A stretch of DNA of 64,000 nt from NCBI GenBank assembly GCA_965140415.1, contig OZ223209.1:3200001-3264000 (forward strand), written 5' to 3'. Under the pieces are notes generated by a model. It searched no databases. It was given only the letters and a program-made list of their open reading frames with translations, and was not told the DNA's origin. The DNA is from Myxococcota bacterium (GTDB lineage Bacteria; Myxococcota_A; SURF-8). The stretch's first letter is position 1; every line of letters starts with the position of its first letter. Below are positions 31,080 through 41,380 of the stretch, one piece after another. The translations under genes and the position numbers were made by a program.

Positions 31080-32435
31080 ATGCAGGCAATCGAACAAGCA
31101 TTAACCTGGTTAAATGGATATCTCTGGGGACCGCCGATGCTTATCCTTCTGTTCGGCACCCATCTGTTCTTTACGTTTCGATTGCGTTTCATTCAACGCT
31201 TTATGGGTTTGGCGATTAAGTTGTCTTTGCGACGCGACCCCAAAAGCCCCGGCGATATCAGTCAGTTCGGCGCATTGACAACGTCGCTTGCCGCAACGAT
31301 CGGCACAGGCAATATTGTTGGAGTGGCTACCGCCGTCGCTTTAGGTGGTCCGGGAGCGGTGCTTTGGTGCTGGTTGACCGGTGTGTTCGGAATTTCAACC
31401 AAGTACGCAGAGGCGTTGCTTGCCGTAAAATACCGGGTTAAAACGGAAGACGGCACCATGCTTGGTGGTCCGATGTACGCGCTTGAGCGTGGATTGAACA
31501 TGAAATGGGCCGGCGTATTATTCGCGCTCTTCACTGCGATAGCGGCTTTCGGTATCGGAAATATGGTGCAAGCGAATTCCTTATCCACGATGGCCGAAGA
31601 ATCGTTGAACATCAGTCCCTGGATTACAGGATTGATTCTGACTGTCTTGACCGCCTCGGTGATTTTAGGTGGCATTAAGTCTATTGCCAAGGTTTGCGAG
31701 CGACTCGTCCCCTTCATGGCTATTTTCTATGTGATTGGCTGTCTGGTGATTCTAACCATGAATTTCAGCGCCATTCCTCATGCCATCAAACTGATTCTGG
31801 ATGCCGCTTTTTCCGGTCAGGCCGCTGCGGGTGGTTTTGTCGGCGCTACGATTATGATGGCCGCCCGTTTTGGAGTCGCGCGTGGACTGTTCTCCAATGA
31901 GTCCGGGCTGGGTTCGGCTCCCATCGTTGCCGCCGCTGCACGAACCCGCAATCCCGTTCGGCAAGCGCTGGTCAGTGCTTCCGGCACCTTCTGGGATACG
32001 GTTGTCGTTTGTGCTTTAACCGGTCTGGTGCTCGTCACAACCGGAGCCTGGGAAAGCGGATTGAAAGGTGCCGCATTGTCAAAAGCCGCCTTCGAAAGCG
32101 TTCCAACCGTTGGTCCCATCTTCCTGACAATTGGTCTTATGACCTTTGTCTTTACCACCATTATCGGCTGGTCTTATTACGGCGAACGAGCCATGGAGTA
32201 TCTACTCGGCAAGAAAGCCATTCTTCCCTACCGGATCGCCTGGGTAACGTTCGTCATGGTTGGCAGTCTTTCCTCCATTCCGGTAGTGTGGAATTTCGCG
32301 GATGCCGCCAATGCCATGATGGCCATTCCCAACCTTCTGGCGCTGCTGCTTCTTAATGGCGTCATCGTAAACGAAACGCGCAAGTATCTTTGGTCCGGCA
32401 AGATCGATGAAATGGACGACGATATCCAGCCATAG
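31080..32435 (+). CDS. Alanine/glycine:cation symporter (AGCS family)
   Basis: GTGNIVGVATA..GGPGAV, GGPMY, RGLFSNESGLGSAP. Confidence 0.95.
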   Translation: MQAIEQALTWLNGYLWGPPMLILLFGTHLFFTFRLRFIQRFMGLAIKLSLRRDPKSPGDISQFGALTTSLAATIGTGNIVGVATAVALGGPGAVLWCWLTGVFGISTKYAEALLAVKYRVKTEDGTMLGGPMYALERGLNMKWAGVLFALFTAIAAFGIGNMVQANSLSTMAEESLNISPWITGLILTVLTASVILGGIKSIAKVCERLVPFMAIFYVIGCLVILTMNFSAIPHAIKLILDAAFSGQAAAGGFVGATIMMAARFGVARGLFSNESGLGSAPIVAAAARTRNPVRQALVSASGTFWDTVVVCALTGLVLVTTGAWESGLKGAALSKAAFESVPTVGPIFLTIGLMTFVFTTIIGWSYYGERAMEYLLGKKAILPYRIAWVTFVMVGSLSSIPVVWNFADAANAMMAIPNLLALLLLNGVIVNETRKYLWSGKIDEMDDDIQP

Positions 32436-32661
32436 TAGCCGGAATAACCTGAAAAGTTCCCTTTCCTTAGTGTAGCATCTGCCACGCTCTAAGACTTCAA
32501 ATGCACAATCACGTCTTGACGCGCCGCGTTCTTGCCAGTATTCCTTCGCGTCATTGTGTAATTCTAGTTTTCTTTCCCTGTTGAAAACCAGCATAATATA
32601 CAGTAATTACTAGTTTTTTATATCGCTATTCTTGAAATATCAAAAAATGCAAAGATTGAGA

Positions 32662-32690
32662 TTGACTCGTCCGTCCGTTTCGGTTAGGAT
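32662..32690 (+). promoter_or_regulatory. Sigma70-like promoter for the TetR operon
   Basis: TTGACT-17 nt-TAGGAT. Confidence 0.5.
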
Positions 32691-32761
32691 AATTTCAGTC
32701 GTAAGGATTTGAAACAGAAACCAGGAAAGCAACCCAACACAAAAGGAAGTCAGCACACATA

Positions 32762-33403
32762 ATGCCATCGGAATTGAGACAACAAGTAGATCAGCAGAAA
32801 AAAGAGCAAACCCGTCAGAACCTGTTGGATGCGGCCAAATCCGTGTTTACGTTAAACGGCTACCACGCCTGCCTGATTTCGGATATCGTTCAAAAAGCCG
32901 GTGTAGGCCAAGGTACCTTCTATCGATACTTCAAGAACAAACGCGAAATCTTCGAAGCGCTGGTCGAGGAATTCATCTCCCAGCTGTTCGACGAATTCTC
33001 GGATATGTCCACCAGCCTTCCGACCAATGTCGGCGACTATCGTGACGCATCCGTCAATGCACTCATGCGTCTTGCTAAAAATGTCGAACAGAACCGAGAA
33101 TTGGTTGTGCTGTTCATGCGTGAAGCACCGGCAATCGACCGGGACTTCGAGAACAACCTGTCCGAATTCTTTAACCAGTTTGCGCAATTGGCCAAATTTT
33201 ACCTGGACCATGCCATTGAACGCGGCTTCGCTCGCCCCTGCAATTCTTTAATCGTCTCTCAGTCGATTGTTGGAATGGGCCTGCGCATGCTGCAACTGTG
33301 GAGCAACGGTCAACTGGCAGGGATTTCTATCGATACCATTATTGAAGAAGTCGTTGATTTCGCCTTCAACGGGATGGGATCAAGACCCGAAATGCAACAC
33401 TGA
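32762..33403 (+). CDS. TetR/AcrR-family regulator
   Basis: ISDIVQKAGVGQGTFYRYFKNK helix-turn-helix. Confidence 0.93.
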   Translation: MPSELRQQVDQQKKEQTRQNLLDAAKSVFTLNGYHACLISDIVQKAGVGQGTFYRYFKNKREIFEALVEEFISQLFDEFSDMSTSLPTNVGDYRDASVNALMRLAKNVEQNRELVVLFMREAPAIDRDFENNLSEFFNQFAQLAKFYLDHAIERGFARPCNSLIVSQSIVGMGLRMLQLWSNGQLAGISIDTIIEEVVDFAFNGMGSRPEMQH

Positions 33404-33449
33404 AACGTCGAGGATTGTGGTTTCAAAGACATAAAACAGGAGAAAATTG

Positions 33450-34280
33450 ATGAAAAACGTAGCAGGAAAACGAGTGTTGATCACCGGAGCCGCCAGCGGC
33501 ATCGGCTACTGCCTGGCCGAAAACTTTGCCAAGGCCGGAGCGTATCTGATTCTTACGGATATCAACGGCGAAGCCCTGACCGAAGCCGTTCGTAAGTTGC
33601 AACCCTTGGCGGAAGGCATCGACAGTTATACCGTCGATGTTTCCAAGCGTGAACAGGTCGAGGAAATGGCTGCCGCCGTCATCGATAACGGCGGGCTGGA
33701 TATCCTGGTCAATAACGCGGGAATCGGCCATTCCGGGGAAATCGCGGAAACGTCGTTGGAGAAATGGCGGCTGCTGGTCGATGTCAACTTCTTCGGACCG
33801 CTGTATCACGTCTACGCATTTCTGCCCTACTTCATGCGCAAGCGAGGCGGTCAAATCGCCAACGTTTCTTCCGGACAAGCCTTCTTCCGGCTGCCCACCT
33901 GGGGCCCGTACGCCGTGATCAAGCTGGCGCTGGGAGCCGCTTCGGAAATCATGCATTACGAGTTGAAGAAATTCGATATCGATGTCACGACCGTCTATCC
34001 GTTCATGGTGAATACGCCTTTCTACAATGAAATCGAAGGCGATACGTTCGGGGCGAAGCTGTCCATGAAATTGCTGCCCTTCTATTCGATGTCCCCGGAA
34101 AAAGTCGGGCGCATCATTTTTAAAGCCATCAAAAAACGCAAAGCAGTAGAGATGGTCAGCGTATTCAACGATGTCGGTTATTACATGCGCCTGATGCCGC
34201 CGGTCGCAGGAGCCGTCAGCGCCGTTACAACGTGGTTTTTAGGGAAAGATTCTAAAGACTTGATGAACGATTTAGCCTGA
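33450..34280 (+). CDS. Short-chain dehydrogenase/reductase
   Basis: TGAASGIG, NNAG, YAVIK (YxxxK). Confidence 0.92.
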   Translation: MKNVAGKRVLITGAASGIGYCLAENFAKAGAYLILTDINGEALTEAVRKLQPLAEGIDSYTVDVSKREQVEEMAAAVIDNGGLDILVNNAGIGHSGEIAETSLEKWRLLVDVNFFGPLYHVYAFLPYFMRKRGGQIANVSSGQAFFRLPTWGPYAVIKLALGAASEIMHYELKKFDIDVTTVYPFMVNTPFYNEIEGDTFGAKLSMKLLPFYSMSPEKVGRIIFKAIKKRKAVEMVSVFNDVGYYMRLMPPVAGAVSAVTTWFLGKDSKDLMNDLA

Positions 34281-34301
34281 GTTGAAATAAAGGAGGAAAC
34301 C

Positions 34302-34805
34302 ATGAAACGCTTGGATGCATTGAAAAGTATGATCGAGGAAAAACGCCTGGGTTTCAAAATGACCGAAACCATGACCGGCGAACATGAATTCGTGGGCGAT
34401 GCCGGAATGGAAGGTCGTCATTTCTTCGAATTCAATGTTGATTGGGGCCCGCGTGAACTGGGCAAGTGGATCAACCCGTTCAACGAGGAGTTTCTCGTTC
34501 AACCCTTGGAAGGAACAGTCACCGTCGGCGGACTTTGCACGGACGCCCCCTGCTCCGGCACGCTGGAGCTTCGCTATTTCAAAGATGCGAAGATCCGCTA
34601 CAGTTTCGAATTCGAGGCACAGGGTACGCGCTATCGCTATCTCGGGGAAAAAGTCAACATCAAGCCCTGGAATCTACCCGTTTCTCACACCACCTGCTTC
34701 GGTACTTTGGTGGAAGCGGACAGCGGCAAGCTGATTTCACGTTCGGTCACGCATTTCCGTCTGCGTACCGCACCGGCTTTCGTAGCCAGCATTCATCTGG
34801 CCTGA
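34302..34805 (+). CDS. Conserved hypothetical beta-rich protein
   Basis: Strong RBS AGGAGG, operonic with the SDR, F.MTETMTG start motif. Confidence 0.7.
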   Translation: MKRLDALKSMIEEKRLGFKMTETMTGEHEFVGDAGMEGRHFFEFNVDWGPRELGKWINPFNEEFLVQPLEGTVTVGGLCTDAPCSGTLELRYFKDAKIRYSFEFEAQGTRYRYLGEKVNIKPWNLPVSHTTCFGTLVEADSGKLISRSVTHFRLRTAPAFVASIHLA

Positions 34806-34923
34806 TTGAATCGACAAGGGGGGAGCCGCCGCACATCGATTGACGGATGCACGTCCGGATCGACTGTCGCGGCGGCTTTGTTTTTTTACATTCCGTTTTT
34901 TTGCCGGTCGTCTTCCGCTCGAA

Positions 34924-36162
34924 TCAAACCTTACCGAAAATAAGCGACGTGTTGATTCCGCCGAACGCGAAATTGTTGTTCATGGCGATCTGCAATTCCG
35001 CCGGTTGCGGTTCGTGCATCACGTGCATCAGCGGCGCGCATTTCGGATCGGGATTCTCCAGTTTGATAGTCGGTGCAATAAAGTCTTCGCGCATCATCAA
35101 TACCGTTGCAACGGACTCGATGACACCTGCCGCACCCAGCGTATGTCCCATGTAACCCTTTAAACTGCTGACCGGGATTTTATCCCCCATAATGCGGTTG
35201 GTGGCAAAGGACTCGGCCCGGTCGCCGATCTTGGTCGCCGTGGCATGAGCATTGATATAGTTCACCTGCTCCGCATTCAGTTGCGCATCGGCTAACGCCC
35301 GAACCATGGAGCCTTGAATACCATCCGGGTTGCCGTTGGTCATGCTGAAGCCGTCGGAATTGGTTCCATATCCCAGAACCTCGGCGTAAATCCTGGCTCC
35401 GCGTTTTTTCGCGTGTTCGTATTCCTCCAGCACCAGGCAGCCTCCCCCCTCCCCAACTACCAGACCATCCCGGTCCTTGTCGAAGGGACGTGGCGAGGCT
35501 TCCGGGCGATCGTTGTAGCGAGTGCTGGTCGCCAGCATGAGATCGAAAATGGCGGCATCCATGTGATGCATCTCTTCGGCGCCGCCGCACAACATGACTT
35601 CCGCCCGGTTCAGCAGAATCTGCTCGTATCCGAATCCGACTCCCTGCGAACCGGAGACACAGGCCGTTGATGAGGCGACCACCGGCCCGTGGGTGTGAAA
35701 CATCACCGCCACGTTGGCCGCGCAGGTGTGGCTCATGAAACTTAGAAAGATGGTCGATGGTACACCTTGCAAGCTTAATTTATCCTCGGCCAGCACCATT
35801 CGGAAAAAACGTTCCTGGCTGTCCGCACTGCCAGAAGACGATCCGAACGACACACCGCAGCGGTCGCTTTCAATGGCAGCGGTTTCCAACCCGGAATCCG
35901 CAATCGCATTCTGAGTCGCCCGACAGGCCAGAATCGACACGCGCCCCATTTTACGCCGCAGTCCCTGCGGGATCTTCTCTTCTTCGATATTCTCACAGAC
36001 CCCGGCCAGGCGGGTGCGCATTTTCTCGACGATGTCCCATTCGGGCATCTTGCGGATGCCGGATCGCCCCTGCTTCAGTCCCTCGGTGAACTCATCCAGG
36101 CTGTTGCCGATTGGAGACAATAAGCCCATTCCCGTAACTACCACTCGCCGTCTATCTGCCAT
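34924..36162 (-). CDS. Beta-ketoacyl-ACP synthase (FabF/ApeR-like)
   Basis: STACVSG (Cys), AHAT and GHTLG (His-His), NNFAFGG. Confidence 0.92.
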   Translation of the reverse strand: MADRRRVVVTGMGLLSPIGNSLDEFTEGLKQGRSGIRKMPEWDIVEKMRTRLAGVCENIEEEKIPQGLRRKMGRVSILACRATQNAIADSGLETAAIESDRCGVSFGSSSGSADSQERFFRMVLAEDKLSLQGVPSTIFLSFMSHTCAANVAVMFHTHGPVVASSTACVSGSQGVGFGYEQILLNRAEVMLCGGAEEMHHMDAAIFDLMLATSTRYNDRPEASPRPFDKDRDGLVVGEGGGCLVLEEYEHAKKRGARIYAEVLGYGTNSDGFSMTNGNPDGIQGSMVRALADAQLNAEQVNYINAHATATKIGDRAESFATNRIMGDKIPVSSLKGYMGHTLGAAGVIESVATVLMMREDFIAPTIKLENPDPKCAPLMHVMHEPQPAELQIAMNNNFAFGGINTSLIFGKV

Positions 36163-36217
36163 AATTCTTCGTGCCTCTCATACACAACGAAATCGATTCC
36201 AATTATCTTAAAAACAG

Positions 36218-36994
36218 CTATTCTGCTCCATCCTTCTGCGCCAATCCAAGAGCTTCGCGATAGCGTCGTTCCAGTTCCCGCGCTGCCTGTCTTTCCTCTC
36301 CTTCGGCAGGTGGGGGGATCGGCTCCCAGAATTCCAGCCGGATTCGGCTTGTACCCGGCGGAGGATAATACCAGGTATCCTCATGTGGAAGGAAAGGAGG
36401 TTCATGTCGAACGAAAACCGGCAGTATCGGAACGCCGGCCATCTGTGCGATCTTAAACGCTCCCGGTTTGAAACGCAACAATCCGCCTTTGGGTGAGCGT
36501 GTTCCTTCCGGGAAAAGCATGAAACTGCGGCCAGATCGCAGCGTCTTTACCGCATCTCGCATCGTTTCCAGCGGAGTGCTGCGGTAATCCGGCGACAGGA
36601 TGTAGCCGCATTGGCGAACAATCGGAGCCAGTGGCAGCCAATGCGTGAGACTGCGTTTGACCATCACGGAAACACCGGGAATTTCCTGCATCAGGTAAAG
36701 CACATCCAATAGTCCGGGATGATTGGCTACAATGACACAAGCTTCTTTTGGGGCTTGTCCTTTAGGATGCTCGTTGACGATCAGACGACTGATGCGCAAC
36801 ATGCCAAGCCAGACGAACAGAAAACCTTGAATCAGAAACCTGCAAGAGCTTTCCGCATGAGGAAAGACCAGAACCTGCATTCGCAATAAAAAAACGGAAA
36901 CCAGCCCAAGAGGCAACACCACCGCCCAAACGGAAAAGACAACCGCAATCAGTATTCCCCGTATTACACGGTGCAAACTCATATTCTCCGACAC
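36218..36994 (-). CDS. PlsC-like lysophospholipid acyltransferase (ApeD-like)
   Basis: ANHPGLLD, FPEGTRS, FKPGAF. Confidence 0.88.
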   Translation of the reverse strand: MSENMSLHRVIRGILIAVVFSVWAVVLPLGLVSVFLLRMQVLVFPHAESSCRFLIQGFLFVWLGMLRISRLIVNEHPKGQAPKEACVIVANHPGLLDVLYLMQEIPGVSVMVKRSLTHWLPLAPIVRQCGYILSPDYRSTPLETMRDAVKTLRSGRSFMLFPEGTRSPKGGLLRFKPGAFKIAQMAGVPILPVFVRHEPPFLPHEDTWYYPPPGTSRIRLEFWEPIPPPAEGEERQAARELERRYREALGLAQKDGAE

Positions 36995-37233
36995 TCCCGC
37001 TCGTTGATGGATTGCAATTTTCGTTTAGTAGAAATCCCCTAACCATCAACTTCCATGGTGGATTTCTCGATACAACGCAAACGAGGTTTGCTGCTGCACC
37101 GCATGACCCCAGAGAATAAAAGAAAACTGTTAAAAAAAGCAAGATCATAAAACCCGTTCAAAAACCTTGCGATTGCCGGTCAATTCAGGTAAATCCCTGT
37201 TGTTGATGTAAGGTAGCATAATGAAGGAGGCTC

Positions 37234-37488
37234 GTGTTGGATTCACAAAGCGCCCTTGAAATCATTCGGAAATACCTGGTTCAGGAGTTCGATCTGGCTG
37301 TGGAGCAAATCGTTCCGGAAGCGAACTTGTTCACGGATCTCGGCCTGGACAGTCTGGATGCCCTGGATATGCTCAGCATGCTGGATAAAGATATGAATAT
37401 TCCGATCGTCGAAGATGAAGTGCAGGAAATTCGCACAATCTCGCATGTCATCGACTATATCCAAAAACACGCTTCAACCACAAACTGA
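37234..37488 (+). CDS. Acyl carrier protein
   Basis: DLGLDSLDALD phosphopantetheine site; RBS AAGGAGG. Confidence 0.92.
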   Translation: MLDSQSALEIIRKYLVQEFDLAVEQIVPEANLFTDLGLDSLDALDMLSMLDKDMNIPIVEDEVQEIRTISHVIDYIQKHASTTN

Positions 37489-37491
37489 GCC

Positions 37492-38352
37492 ATGCTGCTC
37501 TCTCCCTGGCTGCTTCCAATCACACCGGAATCCGATGCTTCCTCATGCTACCTGGCCGACCGCATCCCGGATACATCTCCATGGTTTAACGGACACTTTC
37601 CAAATAATCCCGTTTTTCCAGGTTTGGCTATTCTCGCACAAGTGCATTCCGCCTTACAGAAGCACCTGATTGCCCAGTCTCGTCAATTGCAAACCGGTGG
37701 CCTTGCTCGCGTTCGTTTCAAGCGCGTCGTGCGTCCGGATGAACGCCTGCAAATCCGCTTCAATAAACTCACGGAAAACAAAGAAGCGTTTGAAGTGAAA
37801 GTCAACGATGAATGCTGCGGGTATGGGCAATGGCTGCTTCATCATCATACAGACCTTCCTGTAGCTCCAGTCAGTCTGTGGTCGGATGATCGTCCGTCAA
37901 AACTTGACGGCCTGGGAATCGAGACCGCCAGGCTATTGCCTCACGGTAAGGCGATCCGACTCGCCAGGCATCTTTCCGCCGCCGATTCAAAGGGCGGGAT
38001 CGTACAAGCCTGCGTGGAGAACTCCTGGCCCATGCATGAAAACGGCGTGGTCCCCTGCTTGACCTTGATCGAACTTGTCGCCCAGGCGGTGGGCATGTGG
38101 GCCATCTGGCGCAATCGAGCGGATGGTATTACAAAGCGACAAGGCTATCTTGTCGGGCTGCGTTTCGCTCATTTCTACGTTGAAAACCTCCCTGTCGGAG
38201 CGGACTTGGCGGTTTCGGTACGTCTGGTATCCGAAATTCGCAACTACCTTGTTTTCGAAGTGCTGATTCACCACGGTCATGAGGTCTGTTTCCATGCCGA
38301 AGTACAAGTGGCGGAAGCGGAAGAATCGGAAATAAACGAAAAAGCCGAATGA
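37492..38352 (+). CDS. Double hotdog dehydratase (ApeI-like + ApeP-like fusion)
   Basis: N-half FNGHFPNNPVFPG and VRFKRVVRP; C-half LLPHG, IELVAQAVG, GYLVG. Confidence 0.75.
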   Translation: MLLSPWLLPITPESDASSCYLADRIPDTSPWFNGHFPNNPVFPGLAILAQVHSALQKHLIAQSRQLQTGGLARVRFKRVVRPDERLQIRFNKLTENKEAFEVKVNDECCGYGQWLLHHHTDLPVAPVSLWSDDRPSKLDGLGIETARLLPHGKAIRLARHLSAADSKGGIVQACVENSWPMHENGVVPCLTLIELVAQAVGMWAIWRNRADGITKRQGYLVGLRFAHFYVENLPVGADLAVSVRLVSEIRNYLVFEVLIHHGHEVCFHAEVQVAEAEESEINEKAE

Positions 38353-38506
38353 TATCAGACTAATTACCCATGCTTTGAAATTCCTTCCCGGCAAGCGTCG
38401 CCTCCATTATTGGAATTAGGAATAAAGCTCCTTATTGCTCGTTCTATCTGTTGGAGTGAATGGAGCATCCCGGCTTGATGCCGGTTTAACAAAAGGGAGC
38501 TTGAAC

Positions 38507-38710
38507 ATGAAACGAAATGTTGGCAGCATCGATCGCGTCGTACGAATCACGCTTGGCGCAGGAATCATCGGAGTCGGAATCGCAACCCAAAGCTGGTGGG
38601 GACTACTCGGCATCATTCCCATTGCGGTCGCATTGGTCGGATTTTGCCCGCTCTATCCGGTTTGCGGAGTAAATACCTGCCAGAATAAAGCAGAAAAAAG
38701 CGAAACGTGA
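38507..38710 (+). CDS. DUF2892 (YgaP-like) membrane protein
   Basis: MKRNVGSIDRVVR...GFCPLY...GVNTC. Confidence 0.9.
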   Translation: MKRNVGSIDRVVRITLGAGIIGVGIATQSWWGLLGIIPIAVALVGFCPLYPVCGVNTCQNKAEKSET

Positions 38711-38806
38711 TATCCTGTTTCGCATTCGACTTGACGGATGCCTGATCTGCAACGGCTTTGATTGGGTTTAGCATTAAGCATAAAAGAAAAGTTTGGGAGG
38801 ATACTC

Positions 38807-39385
38807 ATGAGTCGCACACCATCCACCATGCTCGCTCTAGGAACTTCTGCGCCGGAATTTTGTTTGCCCGACGTAAACGGCAAGACAGTATCGTTGTCTG
38901 ATTTCGATGAATCACCGGCGCTGTTGGTGGTTTTTATGTGCAACCACTGCCCTTTTGTAAAACATCTAAAAACCGAACTGGCCCAGCTTATTCGTGAACT
39001 GCAACCGAAAGGTCTGGCAGCAGTCGGTATCAATTCAAACGATTACGCCAACTATCCCGACGACACCCCGGAACTGATGGCCGTTGATGCACAGAACTTC
39101 AATTACAGCTTTCCGTATCTGGTCGATGAAAACCAGGAAGTGGCCAAAGCCTATCGTGCGGCCTGCACCCCGGATTTCTTCCTTTTCGACCGCAACCGGA
39201 AACTTGTGTATCGGGGACAGATGGATGACAGCCGACCGGGGAACGAACTGCCTGTTACCGGCTCCGACCTTCGCACGGCGATCGAAAGCGTTTTGTCCGG
39301 TAAAGATATCAGCGAGCATCAGAAGCCAAGCATCGGCTGCAATATCAAGTGGAAAGCAGGCAACGAACCCGACTATTTTGGATGA
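38807..39385 (+). CDS. Thioredoxin-fold AhpC/TSA (PRX-like) protein
   Basis: FMCNHCPFV, AACTPDFFLF, PSIGCNIKW. Confidence 0.93.
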   Translation: MSRTPSTMLALGTSAPEFCLPDVNGKTVSLSDFDESPALLVVFMCNHCPFVKHLKTELAQLIRELQPKGLAAVGINSNDYANYPDDTPELMAVDAQNFNYSFPYLVDENQEVAKAYRAACTPDFFLFDRNRKLVYRGQMDDSRPGNELPVTGSDLRTAIESVLSGKDISEHQKPSIGCNIKWKAGNEPDYFG

Positions 39386-39444
39386 GCTGTCGTGCGTATC
39401 TTTTGAAGATTCTTAAGGTTATCTGGTTGTCGTAAGATTCGGCG

Positions 39445-39882
39445 TTATTTCCATCCATTGGAAAGATTGTGCCCGCACTTGCCGCAGAATTTTGAAGTGG
39501 CAGGAATCATCGCGCCGCAGCCGGGACAGGCTCGCTCGTCATTCGAAGTCACCTGATCCAGTGGCATGAAAGCGGAGGACGCCATATGACCGGAATCGGA
39601 GCCCAGACGCTCAACTTGTTCCGCATCCGGCAATGAGGTGGCATAAGCGGGCATATCGGCCAGGGTGATCGCCGTACGGTCGATATCCATCGTGTTGTGC
39701 GAGACTCTCTGTCCGCGCTGCTTGCGCAACTGTTGTGCGCGAGGTGAATTATCTAAATCGAGGGTAGAAACCTTTTTCTTCTTCATCAGCATCGAAATCG
39801 CTGCAATTACAACGAGAATCAGCGTAACCACACCGGCAATTTGAAAGATATATTGCTGAAGAAAAGAAATGATCTGCGACAT
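39445..39882 (-). CDS. Membrane-anchored zinc-ribbon protein
   Basis: N-terminal TM followed by KKKK; C-terminal CPGCG..FCGKCG. Confidence 0.75.
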   Translation of the reverse strand: MSQIISFLQQYIFQIAGVVTLILVVIAAISMLMKKKKVSTLDLDNSPRAQQLRKQRGQRVSHNTMDIDRTAITLADMPAYATSLPDAEQVERLGSDSGHMASSAFMPLDQVTSNDERACPGCGAMIPATSKFCGKCGHNLSNGWK

Positions 39883-40179
39883 GATTTCTATCCGTTTTCT
39901 TTTGGGTTGACGTAAGACCGCACAAGACAAACTCGGCAAAATTACGTTTTCGCAAGTTGACAACCAACTCCACCTCTAGTCGTCCAACCCGATACTGCTT
40001 GGGATTGTTTTATTTTGTCATGTGATTTCCAAGGAATCAAGAATTTACCTTTACAAAATTACGGTCGCTTTTAAAGTTGAACCGATCCGATTTGTCCAAG
40101 CGGCAAAAAGCGTCCTTTTGTAAGCTCTTGCTTCTGTGGCCCGAACAGGTATACTGCCACATTCACAAATGGAAAAGGG

Positions 40180-41358
40180 TTGAAAATGGCTGTCGATCAA
40201 GGAATCTGCTATGTGAACACCTCGTTTGGGGCCTGTGGAATCGGATGGCAACCCGACGGTATTGACCTGCTTCAACTGCCGGATCGAGATGCGTCTGCGA
40301 TGCTGGCTCGTTTGCAGCAACTGGCTCCAACTCGTCCTCTAACGGCAGATGCCCCTGCTTTCGTGCTTGATGCGGCGCGCATGATTCAACAGTACTTTTC
40401 CGGCGACATTCCCGATTTCAAAACCGTGCCTGTCGTCTATCCCAAAAATAGCAGTGCTCGTAAAACGTATGACGCGCTTAGGAACATACCAGCCGGAAAT
40501 ACCATTACTTACGGTGAGTTGGCAAAAAGGAGCGGCCACCCGAATGCGGCTCGGGCCGTAGGGCGTCGTATGGCGCAAAACCCGGTCCCGCTGATCGTTC
40601 CCTGCCATCGGGTGCTGCCGAAGTCGGGAGGTCTGGGCGGTTTCAGCGCCGGAGAAGGCGTTTCGTTAAAGGCGCGCATGTTGCATCTTGAAGGCTACCA
40701 TTTCAGTGAAAAGCACCACCGGGCGCTGATGCATTTGAGCGAGTGCGACCCGAAAATGAAAGACCTGAGCCATCGCTACGGTCCATACCTTCCGCTGCTG
40801 GTCGATCCGGGAGATCACTACAGCGCCTTGATCGAAATCATTTTGAGCCAGCAGGTAGCGACTCAGGCCGCGAAAACGATCTGCTCCCGCTTCCGAAAAC
40901 TGACGAATAACAACACATTTCCATCTGCGGAAAAAATCCTTACATTAAGCGAAGAGGATTTCAGGGCAACCGGCATCAGCAAGCAGAAAGCCTCGTACAT
41001 TCGGGATCTTGCAGAAAAGGTACTGCAACAGGAGTTGCCGCTGAAACAGTTGTGGCGCTATTCGGATGAGGAAGTCATTCAGGTGTTGACCAAGGTTCGC
41101 GGTTTGGGGCGCTGGTCGGCTCAGATGTTTTTACTGTTCCAGTTGAAGCGACTGGACCTGCTGCCGGTGGATGACCTGGGATTCCGTAACGGCCTGGCCG
41201 AGTTATATGGCGAGAAGCATATTGCAACCGCCGATGCGATGAAAGCCTTTGCAAAAATCTGGCAGCCTTACCGTTCTGTCGCCTGTTGGTATTTATGGCA
41301 GAGCCGATCCCCACAACGCCGCAACGACCTGCCGACCGAAGGGGCTCTTAACGTATGA
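40180..41358 (+). CDS. Ogt (O6-methylguanine methyltransferase)-AlkA (3-methyladenine glycosylase) fusion
   Basis: TYGELA, ARAVG, VPCHRV, then ILSQQV, VRGLGRWSA (HhH), LPVDDLG, WQPYRS..YLW. Confidence 0.9.
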   Translation: MKMAVDQGICYVNTSFGACGIGWQPDGIDLLQLPDRDASAMLARLQQLAPTRPLTADAPAFVLDAARMIQQYFSGDIPDFKTVPVVYPKNSSARKTYDALRNIPAGNTITYGELAKRSGHPNAARAVGRRMAQNPVPLIVPCHRVLPKSGGLGGFSAGEGVSLKARMLHLEGYHFSEKHHRALMHLSECDPKMKDLSHRYGPYLPLLVDPGDHYSALIEIILSQQVATQAAKTICSRFRKLTNNNTFPSAEKILTLSEEDFRATGISKQKASYIRDLAEKVLQQELPLKQLWRYSDEEVIQVLTKVRGLGRWSAQMFLLFQLKRLDLLPVDDLGFRNGLAELYGEKHIATADAMKAFAKIWQPYRSVACWYLWQSRSPQRRNDLPTEGALNV

Positions 41359-41380
41359 CTTCAATCATGGGAAGATCATA

